Shown: positions 54,380 through 62,363 of the stretch, in pieces | Layout of the letters: each line of letters opens with the position of its first letter | Numbering within the stretch: the stretch's first letter is position 1 | Source of the DNA: Candidatus Altiarchaeota archaeon | GTDB taxonomy: Archaea > Altiarchaeota > Altiarchaeia > IMC4 > SCGC-AAA252-I15 | NCBI GenBank assembly: GCA_043800705.1 | Contig: JAZDMS010000017.1 | Coordinates: 1,975-65,974 of the forward strand | DNA: 64,000 nucleotides | Direction of reading: 5' to 3' | The notes under the pieces: model-generated | What the model saw: the letters and a program-made list of their open reading frames with translations, nothing else | Told to the model about the DNA's origin: nothing | Databases searched by the model: none | Program-made: the position numbers and the translations under genes

Positions 54380-54412
54380 CTTATCGATTGGAATGGACTA
54401 AAAGATGCAAAT

Positions 54413-54670
54413 TCAGAAATTTTCAGGTCTTTTCCCCTCAGCCTTGACGACTCCGAGGACTATCCCCGCATCGAGCCATCCTTCGGCGTATTCCAATGCG
54501 GCGAACGCGTTCACAAGCTCGCCTTTTGACATGAAGTGCTTCGCGTCGCTGTAATACCTTAGCGCGGTATCTCTGACCTTTTCGCCGCCTGGCGCAGCGA
54601 CAGTGACGTCTCCGAACGCCGTCTCCGCTTTTCGGATGTATCTATCGAGCTTGGCCCTAAGTTCGTCCAT
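54413..54670 (-). CDS. DUF357-family small archaeal protein
   Basis: YYSDAKHFMSKGELVNAFAALEYAEGWLDAG matches my memory of the DUF357 core. Confidence 0.55.
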   Translation of the reverse strand: MDELRAKLDRYIRKAETAFGDVTVAAPGGEKVRDTALRYYSDAKHFMSKGELVNAFAALEYAEGWLDAGIVLGVVKAEGKRPENF

Positions 54671-54726
54671 TCCGTTTTTAACTTAGCGGAGGGTACTATA
54701 AAAAGAGCCGTCGATAATGGTTAACC

Positions 54727-55140
54727 ATGACTGCACGCAAACAGGTCGATCCACGGGAGTTCATACGGACTGAGCTATTCCCAAGGCTTTTCGATGTCCC
54801 GCCTGCGGATTGGGGCCATGTGATGCGGAAGACGTTGAAGGGGGAAAAACTCGCCATAGAGGACGAGGCGTCCGTCATCGCTGAGGCGAGAAAGATACTG
54901 GCCTTTAGGAAAAGGATCACCGAAGGCGTTATGGGGGCCCTCGAATCCGCCAAGTCGAAACCTCTGGAGGATGGAACGGTGGGGGATCACCTGATGGGTG
55001 GATTCTTCCTCGGTTCCTTCACCGGCCTGAGCTACGACAAGGCGAGCAGATTACCGGAACACTCTCCTGACAAGGCGATGGATCCGGAAAGGATGACCGA
55101 TATCGACTTCATCCTGTCATGCGACGGGGCGTTGGCATAG
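54727..55140 (+). CDS. Hypothetical protein (137 aa)
   Basis: From the ORF track. It ends in TAG and overlaps the next ORF by 22 nt. Confidence 0.45.
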   Translation: MTARKQVDPREFIRTELFPRLFDVPPADWGHVMRKTLKGEKLAIEDEASVIAEARKILAFRKRITEGVMGALESAKSKPLEDGTVGDHLMGGFFLGSFTGLSYDKASRLPEHSPDKAMDPERMTDIDFILSCDGALA

Positions 55141-55406
55141 GTAAAAAGTTCAGCATAGTCAGGATATTATCCGCTGAAATCAAGGAAAATCTCAAAGGCA
55201 TCCTTGACAAGCCAGTGCAAGTCGTCGAAGGGGCCGTCGAAGTCGACTTAAATGACCCGAAGATAACCGCCACTTCCATAAAGCTCCTTGAGGGAGCCAT
55301 TTGGCCCTTCACCGCAAGAGAATGGCTCTTTATCGGAGACGAAGAGACTCGCATCCACCTAGCGAAGGCAGACCGGGAACTGGCAAACGTAAGGAATTGG
55401 GGCTAA
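55119..55406 (+). CDS. Hypothetical protein (95 aa)
   Basis: From the ORF track. ATG start, in a different frame from the preceding ORF. Confidence 0.4.
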   Translation: MRRGVGIGKKFSIVRILSAEIKENLKGILDKPVQVVEGAVEVDLNDPKITATSIKLLEGAIWPFTAREWLFIGDEETRIHLAKADRELANVRNWG

Positions 55407-55452
55407 AGAGAGTCCTTTTTAGGTCGTTTCTTAATTATTATAGAGGACAATC

Positions 55453-58122
55453 ATGCCGACAAAAGGTTTGAAGAACATATTCTTCCCGGAGACCGTTGCC
55501 GTCATAGGCGCAAGCAACAAAGTGGGTAGCGTCGGATATTCCCTCATGGCAAACCTCATCGGCCAGGGATTCACAGGTACGATATACCCCGTCAACCCGG
55601 CGCACGACAGCATCCAGGGAGTGCACGCCTACAAATCCGTCAAGGAGATACCCCGCAAGATCGACCTCGCGCTGATCGCGGTCCCAGCCAAGGCCGTGCC
55701 ACAGGTTGTTGAAGAATGCGGGCTGTCCGGAGTCAAAGGCGTAGTGATCATCTCTGCGGGCTTCAAGGAGGCGGGGCAGGAGGGCAAAAAGCTAGAGGGC
55801 CAGGTCCGCGATATCGCGACCAGATACGACATACGCGTCATAGGCCCCAACTGCCTCGGCGTCATAAACCCCCGCATCCGCCTCAATGCAAGCTTTGCGA
55901 TAAAGATGCCCAAGGAGGGGAACATCGCATTCATCTCCCAAAGCGGCGCTTTGTGCTCATCCATAATAGACTGGGCGGAAAGCCGCGACATCGGATTCAG
56001 CTTCTTCGTCTCCATAGGCTCCATGATGGACGTAGACTACGGCGACCTCATCGACTACTTCGGCAGGGACGCGAAGACATCAAGCATCGTAATCTACATG
56101 GAGTCCATAAACAACGCGAAGAAGTTTATGAGCGCCGCAAGCGGATTCGCGCTAAACAAGCCCATCGTAATCATAAAATCCGGCAGGTTCGAAGAGGGCC
56201 GAAAGGCCGTCGTCTCGCATACCGGGGCGATAGCCGGAAGCGACGACGTATACAGTGCGGCCTTCAAGAGGGCCGGCGTCGTCAGGGTGAACAGCGTCGA
56301 CGAGCTCTTCGACATGTCGCAGAAGCTCGCCAAGGGGCCCGCACCGAAGGGGCCCAACATCGCGATCATAACCAACGCAGGCGGCCCCGGAGTCATGGCA
56401 ACCGACAAGATAATAGAGGAAGGCGGCAAACTGGCACCCATCTCTCCAGAGCTCATGAAAGTCCTGGACGAGCGGTTGCCCGCAAGCTGGAGCAGAAACA
56501 ACCCCATAGACGTCCTAGGCGACGCAGGTCCAGACAGGTACAGGTACGCCCTGGAATCCTGCATAAAGGAGAAATCCATCGACAGCATTACCATCATACT
56601 CACGCCTCAGTCCGGCACAGACCCAACTGAAATAGCCCGGACGGTCGTCGACGTGTGGAAAGGCTCGCAAAAGCCGATTACCGCCTGCTGGATGGGGGGG
56701 TCCGCGGTCATCGAAGGAAGGAAGATCCTCAGGGAGAACGAGATTGCCGTCTATGCGACCCCTGAGAGTGCGATAACCCCGCTTATAATCGGATACAACT
56801 ACAGAAGGAACCTTGAGCTCCTGCACGAGACCCCCAAAGAGCTGACGAAAGGCATCAACCCAGACAAGGAGAAGCTCAGGGCGATCATAGACACTAATCT
56901 GAAAAACGGCATAACCGTCCTGTCCGAGCGGGAATCGAAGGAATTCCTCCACGAGTACGGCATACCCACCAACCACGCCGTCCTCGCAAAGACGAAGGAT
57001 GAGGCGGTTACGACCGCCAAGGGGATGGGATATCCGGTTGTGCTAAAGATAGACTCCCCCCACATCACCCACAAGACCGACGCCGGCGGGGTCATGCTGA
57101 GCCTCTATACCGACGAGGAGGTGTCCAGCGCATTCGACAGAATCATTGAAAACGCCAAGAGATACAACCCAAACGCAGAGCTACGCGGCGTCGCAGTCAT
57201 GCCCATGATAGTCGAACGTGGGTTCGAACTGCTTTTGGGTTCGAAACGCGACGAGGTCTTCGGCCAGGTAATAGCATTCGGCGCCGGAGGGACGCTTGTG
57301 GAGGTCCTAAGGGACAAGAGCATAGGCCTGCCCCCCATGGACCAGACGTTATCTCGGCGTATGATGGAGGAGACTAGGCTATTCACCCTCCTTGAGAAGG
57401 GATCAAGGGACCGCAAAGCTTCAAACCTCGTGGAAATAGAGAAGACGATAATCAACTTCTCCCAGATGCTCATCGACTTCCCCGAGATTCTCGAAGCCGA
57501 CATCAACCCCCTCCTTGCCACGTCGGAACGGACCATCGCCCTCGATGCCAGAATCGCCCTCGACAAAGACCGTGAGAAAACCGGCCACGACCACCTGTCA
57601 ATAATCCCCTACCCCTCGGAATACGTCGAGGAATACCCCCTAAAGGACGGGGAAAAAGTCACCCTTCGCCCCATCAGGGCCGAGGACGAGCCTTTGATCA
57701 AGGAGCTCTTCAGCTCGTTCAGCGAGAGGACGATGCACTTCAGGTTCTTCCACGCGATAAGCGACATAACCCACGAGATGCTCGTCAGATACTGCCACAT
57801 CGACTACGACCGGGAGACCTCCATCGTCGCCGAATACCAGGGCAAAATCGTCGGCATGAGCAGGCTCATGTTCGACCCCGGCGAAATGAAGGCCGAATTC
57901 TCGGTGGTGGTGACCGACACCTGGCAGAACAAGGGGATAGGATTGCGCCTCGTCGAGAAAATCGTCGAGATCGGCAGGAAAAAGAAGCTGGAGCAGATAT
58001 ACGCGACGGTAATAAGGGACAACAGCGCGATGAAGCACTTGGCCGAGAAGCTCGGCTTCGTCGTGGAACGGACCGACGACATGCAGATAGACAAGCTCGT
58101 ATTGGATGTGAGCAACGGCTGA
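55453..58122 (+). CDS. Pat-like protein: ADP-forming acyl-CoA synthetase (alpha+beta) fused to a C-terminal GNAT acetyltransferase domain (889 aa)
   Basis: The CoA-binding N-terminus is FPETVAVIGASNK. The phospho-His loop VVSHTGAIAGS has its His at residue 256 (nt 56218-56220). An ATP-grasp region (YPVVLKIDSPHITHKTDAGGV) follows. The GNAT domain starts at about residue 715 and has the acetyl-CoA motif QNKGIG. Confidence 0.85.
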   Translation: MPTKGLKNIFFPETVAVIGASNKVGSVGYSLMANLIGQGFTGTIYPVNPAHDSIQGVHAYKSVKEIPRKIDLALIAVPAKAVPQVVEECGLSGVKGVVIISAGFKEAGQEGKKLEGQVRDIATRYDIRVIGPNCLGVINPRIRLNASFAIKMPKEGNIAFISQSGALCSSIIDWAESRDIGFSFFVSIGSMMDVDYGDLIDYFGRDAKTSSIVIYMESINNAKKFMSAASGFALNKPIVIIKSGRFEEGRKAVVSHTGAIAGSDDVYSAAFKRAGVVRVNSVDELFDMSQKLAKGPAPKGPNIAIITNAGGPGVMATDKIIEEGGKLAPISPELMKVLDERLPASWSRNNPIDVLGDAGPDRYRYALESCIKEKSIDSITIILTPQSGTDPTEIARTVVDVWKGSQKPITACWMGGSAVIEGRKILRENEIAVYATPESAITPLIIGYNYRRNLELLHETPKELTKGINPDKEKLRAIIDTNLKNGITVLSERESKEFLHEYGIPTNHAVLAKTKDEAVTTAKGMGYPVVLKIDSPHITHKTDAGGVMLSLYTDEEVSSAFDRIIENAKRYNPNAELRGVAVMPMIVERGFELLLGSKRDEVFGQVIAFGAGGTLVEVLRDKSIGLPPMDQTLSRRMMEETRLFTLLEKGSRDRKASNLVEIEKTIINFSQMLIDFPEILEADINPLLATSERTIALDARIALDKDREKTGHDHLSIIPYPSEYVEEYPLKDGEKVTLRPIRAEDEPLIKELFSSFSERTMHFRFFHAISDITHEMLVRYCHIDYDRETSIVAEYQGKIVGMSRLMFDPGEMKAEFSVVVTDTWQNKGIGLRLVEKIVEIGRKKKLEQIYATVIRDNSAMKHLAEKLGFVVERTDDMQIDKLVLDVSNG

Positions 58123-58124
58123 AC

Positions 58125-59207
58125 ATGGCAACGGGACTCGTTTACCACGACGACTACCTAAAGCACATGCAGGTCGAACACCATCCCGAATGCCCCGAAC
58201 GCCTGAAACTGACGATCGAACACTTCCTCAGAACCAATTTCCTCGACCTGTTGACGCAGATAACGCCGAAGCACGCCACCGTCGAAGATTTAACCCGTGT
58301 CCACACGCCTGAACACGTCAACTACGTCAAATGCCTCAGCGAAAAAGGCAGCGGCATGTTCTCCGTAATCGACTCCGACACCTACGTCTGCAAAGACACA
58401 TATGACGTGGCTCGATTGGCCGCAGGCGGCGTCATGGCCGCAGGCGAAGCCGTCTGGAAGGGGGAGGTGGAGAACTGCTTCGCACTCGTTCGGCCTCCCG
58501 GGCATCACGCCTCCCTAAACCAGGCCACAGGGTTCTGCTACTTCGACAATGCAGCCATCATGATAAAATACCTACAGGCAAAGCAAGGCCTCGGAAAAGT
58601 GGTGCTCTTCGACTGGGACGCCCATTCCCCCAACGGGACAATGGGTACGTTCTATAGGGATCCGTCAGTGTTGAACATCTCCATCCATCAGGATCCCGGC
58701 TCATTCTATCCGGGTACGGGATTCATGGACCAGATCGGCGAAGGCCCCGGCAAGGGGTATTCGATCAATTTTCCGGTTCCGGCCGGGACCGGGGACGCCG
58801 ACTACGCATATTTCCTGGAGGAGTTCGTCATTCCCCGCGTCCGCAAATTCAAGCCAGACCTGATAGTCGTGGCCGCAGGCCAGGACAGCCACATCAGCGA
58901 CAAGATGTCCCAGTTGGACGTCACCGACGCAGGCTTCGCTAGGATGACGGAACTATTGTTGGGCCTCGCGAAGGAAGTCTGCGGCGGCAAACTCGTATTG
59001 GAGCTCGAAGGCGGATACAACCTCATAACCCTCCCCCAAACCCACTACATCATCGTCTCGACCCTCCTTGGGATGAGGCATAAGCTGAAGATAGAACGGG
59101 AAGTTAAATCATCTACGAAGGACCTGCTGAACAAACTAGAAGACACGCTAAAAGCCGCGACAATATGGCATGAGGCGCCGGACTATGCGGGGCCGACCAG
59201 AAACTAA
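58125..59207 (+). CDS. Zn-dependent histone deacetylase-family protein (AcuC / acetylpolyamine amidohydrolase-like)
   Basis: The motifs are RPPGHHA, DWDAHSPNGT, AAGQDSH and the catalytic-Tyr motif EGGYN. The ATG lies 2 nt after the Pat-like stop. Confidence 0.88.
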   Translation: MATGLVYHDDYLKHMQVEHHPECPERLKLTIEHFLRTNFLDLLTQITPKHATVEDLTRVHTPEHVNYVKCLSEKGSGMFSVIDSDTYVCKDTYDVARLAAGGVMAAGEAVWKGEVENCFALVRPPGHHASLNQATGFCYFDNAAIMIKYLQAKQGLGKVVLFDWDAHSPNGTMGTFYRDPSVLNISIHQDPGSFYPGTGFMDQIGEGPGKGYSINFPVPAGTGDADYAYFLEEFVIPRVRKFKPDLIVVAAGQDSHISDKMSQLDVTDAGFARMTELLLGLAKEVCGGKLVLELEGGYNLITLPQTHYIIVSTLLGMRHKLKIEREVKSSTKDLLNKLEDTLKAATIWHEAPDYAGPTRN

Positions 59208-59238
59208 CGGAAAAAATAGATGCTTGAATTTTAGAAAG

Positions 59239-59249
59239 CGCCCCGATCG
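59239..59249 (+). repeat. Copy A of the direct 11-mer CGCCCCGATCG
   Basis: Exact 11-nt match to copies at 60898-60908 and 62233-62243. All three are intergenic and in the same orientation. Confidence 0.8.
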
Positions 59250-59299
59250 CATTTTAGGCAGACGGGTTCAACACCCAACCATTTTGGGTTAAGCGTTAG

Positions 59300-59461
59300 G
59301 CGGTCGGGTTCATCTCTCATACTGACTTATCCAAGAGCGTATGTGAATCCATCGCAGTTGACTTCAATCACGAGCTTGCGGGAAAGACACTGAACTTCAA
59401 GATATTGCTTATCGATTTAATCAAACAGGGAGAACAAATAGGTACTCGAATAGATGGATAA
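59300..59461 (+). pseudogene. 3' remnant of an FKBP-type (SlyD-like) peptidyl-prolyl isomerase gene
   Basis: The in-frame translation is ...SIAVDFNHELAGKTLNFKILLIDLIKQGEQIGTRIDG*. It contains the FKBP hallmark VDFNHxLAGKxLxF. The frame is closed by a TAG at 59297-59299, with no start codon and no N-terminal domain. Confidence 0.5.
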
Positions 59462-59577
59462 AATATTTGAGACCTGAAATATCGACTCGACTAACCGGAG
59501 TCTCCATACTAACCGGTTGAATCCGATATTTTATAAATAGGCCTGTTTATTAACACTTAATATGAAATTCATAATTG

Positions 59578-60297
59578 ATGAAATATCACGGAATGATAGT
59601 CACTTTGATGTTTGCTTTGATCTTGTCATTGACTGCTATCGCCCCCGTTTATGCTCAAAAAAATAAAAGTGACAGCTCAGACACCGGATTATGTTGCTTT
59701 GGCATCATAGGATTTTCATTTGCAATATTTCTCATATCGGTCATCGTAAAACTCCTTAAACCCTCGTCAGAAAAGAAACCTCAAACATATGCTGAAAAGC
59801 TGATAGAATCTGGAATTACTACCCCCCGCGAGGGGGTCGTTGAATACGTTGAAGGCGCTAAACTAGCTGAAGCTAGAACAGCCTCAGAGCTAGCTAAGTA
59901 CAATAGAGCTGGCACATTAGTATTAACCGACAATAGGCTTCTGTTCGTTCAAAAACCAGCAGGCGTTAATCCAAAAGGACTATCGTTATTATTCTACTGT
60001 TCGCTGAAGGATATCCTGAGCGTTACAACAAGCGGACGGGGATCTAATCAATTAAATGTGATGGTGCACAGGCCTGATACTCCCGAAAATGCGGTTTTCA
60101 ACTTTAATGATGCAGAACTCTTCACCAAAAAGATAGTGGAAGCCAAGAATAATCTTGCTGAACAGCAAACGATAGAAGCAAAGACCGTAATCATAGAAGC
60201 TGGGAAAAAAGACAATTCGACAGAGATACTCAAAAAAAGGCTAGCTAAAGGGGAAATAACCAAAGAGGAATACCACGATAAGATTCAACGATTGTAG
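59578..60297 (+). CDS. Membrane protein with a PH-like (bPH/GRAM-like) domain and a C-terminal SHOCT domain
   Basis: An N-terminal signal and a TM come first. The PH-like segment is GTLVLTDNRLLFVQKP. The C-terminal LKKRLAKGEITKEEYHDKIQRL is a typical SHOCT sequence. The gene looks low in G+C. Confidence 0.65.
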   Translation: MKYHGMIVTLMFALILSLTAIAPVYAQKNKSDSSDTGLCCFGIIGFSFAIFLISVIVKLLKPSSEKKPQTYAEKLIESGITTPREGVVEYVEGAKLAEARTASELAKYNRAGTLVLTDNRLLFVQKPAGVNPKGLSLLFYCSLKDILSVTTSGRGSNQLNVMVHRPDTPENAVFNFNDAELFTKKIVEAKNNLAEQQTIEAKTVIIEAGKKDNSTEILKKRLAKGEITKEEYHDKIQRL

Positions 60298-60897
60298 GCT
60301 TCTAAGGAGATTCAGGAAAATCGATAAAATTATGGAAAACAAGGGCAAATAAAGACCGAAACCTATTCTACTCACCAATCAGCCTATCGGCTATTTTGGC
60401 TATGGCATATGAAGGATCAGTTGAAGGCACGGGCACCCCCTGAGTTAAGCTAGGACACCTGTTTGGGTGATCCTCTGAAGTTGATTGGGGGCTCGTTTAC
60501 CACTTACCAAATTGCGCCCATGAGCGCCGAGGAATGCATGTGGATTAACCCACGCCCTCAAAGATATAACGGCGGAGGAATAATAAGATGTAGGGCACAG
60601 CCAGAGAAAAAATTCTAAGGAATGCTTAACCTAATGTATACAATCAGGGGCGCAGTCCAGCCAGTACAACGTCAGAGGTTATGACATTCTTTCTCACGAT
60701 ATCTAATTACCTCAGATAATTTAAACACGCTCAAGAGATACAAATAGATGTCGGTAATTTTTTCCCTGCTAGATTTTTGTTGATGAGTATAAAGCGCTGT
60801 TGGGAATTTGAACCCAAATTTTCAAAGCCCAAAATGGGCGAAAAGGCACTCTCGTATAAGGCAGATATTGAGCTTATAACGGCATTATAGGAAATAT

Positions 60898-60908
60898 CGC
60901 CCCGATCG
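60898..60908 (+). repeat. Copy B of the direct 11-mer CGCCCCGATCG
   Basis: Exact match, intergenic, 42 nt from the rsgA stop. Confidence 0.8.
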
Positions 60909-60949
60909 TACCTTAACTTTTTGGTTACGAGGTGCCGTGTTCTAATAGG

Positions 60950-62056
60950 TTATTCGTAGACGACCTTAAAATCGCCGTATTCAGGAGGTATTCCTTTAGG
61001 GTTACTTATGAGTTTAGATGTTTTGTTTATGTTCTTCCAGAATTTGCCACGTTTATTCTTGAATTTATCATCATGCCTAGTGAGATTGTAAGCTATCTCC
61101 CGTTTTAATTTGTGATAGCTCTTTAGTCGGTCCTCAGGTATTAGGCCATCATTTACCGCAGATAATACAGCGCATCCCGGCTCATTCGTGTGCGTGCAGT
61201 TCCTGTATTTGCATTCGCCGGCGTACTCTTCGATGTCTGAGAAGGCGTTCTTGAGGCCTTTGCCGCTGCATAGCAGCTGCACCTCCTTCAAACCCGGGGT
61301 GTCAATCACTATGGAGCCACCAGGCAATACTATCAGGTTTTTGGACGATGTAATGTGCCTTCCCCGCCCATCATGGGCGCTGACAGGTCCGGTCTTCTGC
61401 CTTTCCTCGCCTAAAAGACGGTTGACTATCGTCGATTTGCCCGCTCCGGATGAACCTATGAAAACGACGGTTTTTCCGGCCTTTAGATGAGGTAGAAGCT
61501 GCTCTACCCCCGTATTGTCTAACGCGCTTAAAGCATATACTGGCACTCCCTTGAACAGTCCTGCGACTTCTGAAATAACCTGTGGTAGATTATCGCATAT
61601 ATCCGCCTTGTTTAGTATGAATACGAGTTCTGCGTTGCTGTCAGCTGCGAGGGTCGTGTACCTCTCGAGCCTCCTTATGCTGAAGTCCTCGTCTAGTCCG
61701 CTTACGACAAAAATCGTGTCGATATTTGCCGCAATCACCTGTTCCTGTGAGGCTTTGCCGGCGACTTTCCGGGAAAACTTGCTTCTCCGGCCCAGCATCC
61801 CATGAATACCGGCATAACCCGTTTGGTCGTTTTGTCTGAACGCAACCCAATCACCCACCGTAGGGTAATCCTCCTTGGAATGGCAGCCTTTACGGAATTT
61901 CACGGATAATTTCCCCATTACCGGGCCGCCCTCACTCATCAGATTGTAGATGTGCCTGTTGGAATCAACAACCCGGGCAGGCGAGAGCCCGCCCTCCCTA
62001 AAACACCTAAAACCCTTTTCAAACCCATCATCCCATCCAAACGCTGACAAATCCAA
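60950..62056 (-). CDS. rsgA: Ribosome small-subunit-dependent GTPase A (RsgA/YjeQ-type circularly permuted GTPase)
   Basis: G4 (NKAD) precedes G1 (GSSGAGKST). DTPG is present. The C-terminal zinc knuckle is CKYRNCTHTNEPGC. Confidence 0.85.
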   Translation of the reverse strand: MDLSAFGWDDGFEKGFRCFREGGLSPARVVDSNRHIYNLMSEGGPVMGKLSVKFRKGCHSKEDYPTVGDWVAFRQNDQTGYAGIHGMLGRRSKFSRKVAGKASQEQVIAANIDTIFVVSGLDEDFSIRRLERYTTLAADSNAELVFILNKADICDNLPQVISEVAGLFKGVPVYALSALDNTGVEQLLPHLKAGKTVVFIGSSGAGKSTIVNRLLGEERQKTGPVSAHDGRGRHITSSKNLIVLPGGSIVIDTPGLKEVQLLCSGKGLKNAFSDIEEYAGECKYRNCTHTNEPGCAVLSAVNDGLIPEDRLKSYHKLKREIAYNLTRHDDKFKNKRGKFWKNINKTSKLISNPKGIPPEYGDFKVVYE

Positions 62057-62232
62057 ATTTAAACCTCTTAGAGTATTACCCTACTAGGCCCTTAAATTAT
62101 TTTTTTAGCTAAATAACCCCCCACATCCTGCTTGACAGCCCATTAACGTCTAAATTGCCCGCATTAACGACGAGTAGCAGAAAGAGGATTTCACCCAAAC
62201 AAATAATCCCCGCACACAACCCAATAGTTATT

Positions 62233-62243
62233 CGCCCCGATCG
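62233..62243 (+). repeat. Copy C of the direct 11-mer CGCCCCGATCG
   Basis: Exact match, intergenic. Here it sits within the 10-nt palindrome CCCGATCGGG. Confidence 0.8.
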
Positions 62244-62363
62244 GGACTAGAACAATTTGTTCAGAAGTGGCGGGGGAGACTCGTAACATATGCTCTTTCT
62301 GAGCCGGTCGCAGGTTAACTCTATTTATAACTATCTGTCATATCTATAATTCGGTGGTCGTTT

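Noticed and set aside
53814-54412. Identity of the gap as RNase P RNA, SRP (7S) RNA, a C/D-box sRNA pair, or a replication origin
   Set aside because: I could not find GGAAAGUCC / ACAGAA-type P4 strands in the right order. The SRP helix-8 GGAA...AGCA motif is absent, and there are no proper C (RUGAUGA) plus D (CUGA) box pairs. For an origin, there is no orc1/cdc6 neighbour and no inverted ORB pair around an AT-rich unwinding element. These rejections are by eye only, and a covariance-model scan would be decisive.
55716-56630. 304-aa ORF on the plus strand
   Set aside because: It is an off-frame ORF inside the Pat-like gene. The product is a run of Arg, His and Gln residues, and the annotated frame has all the synthetase motifs.
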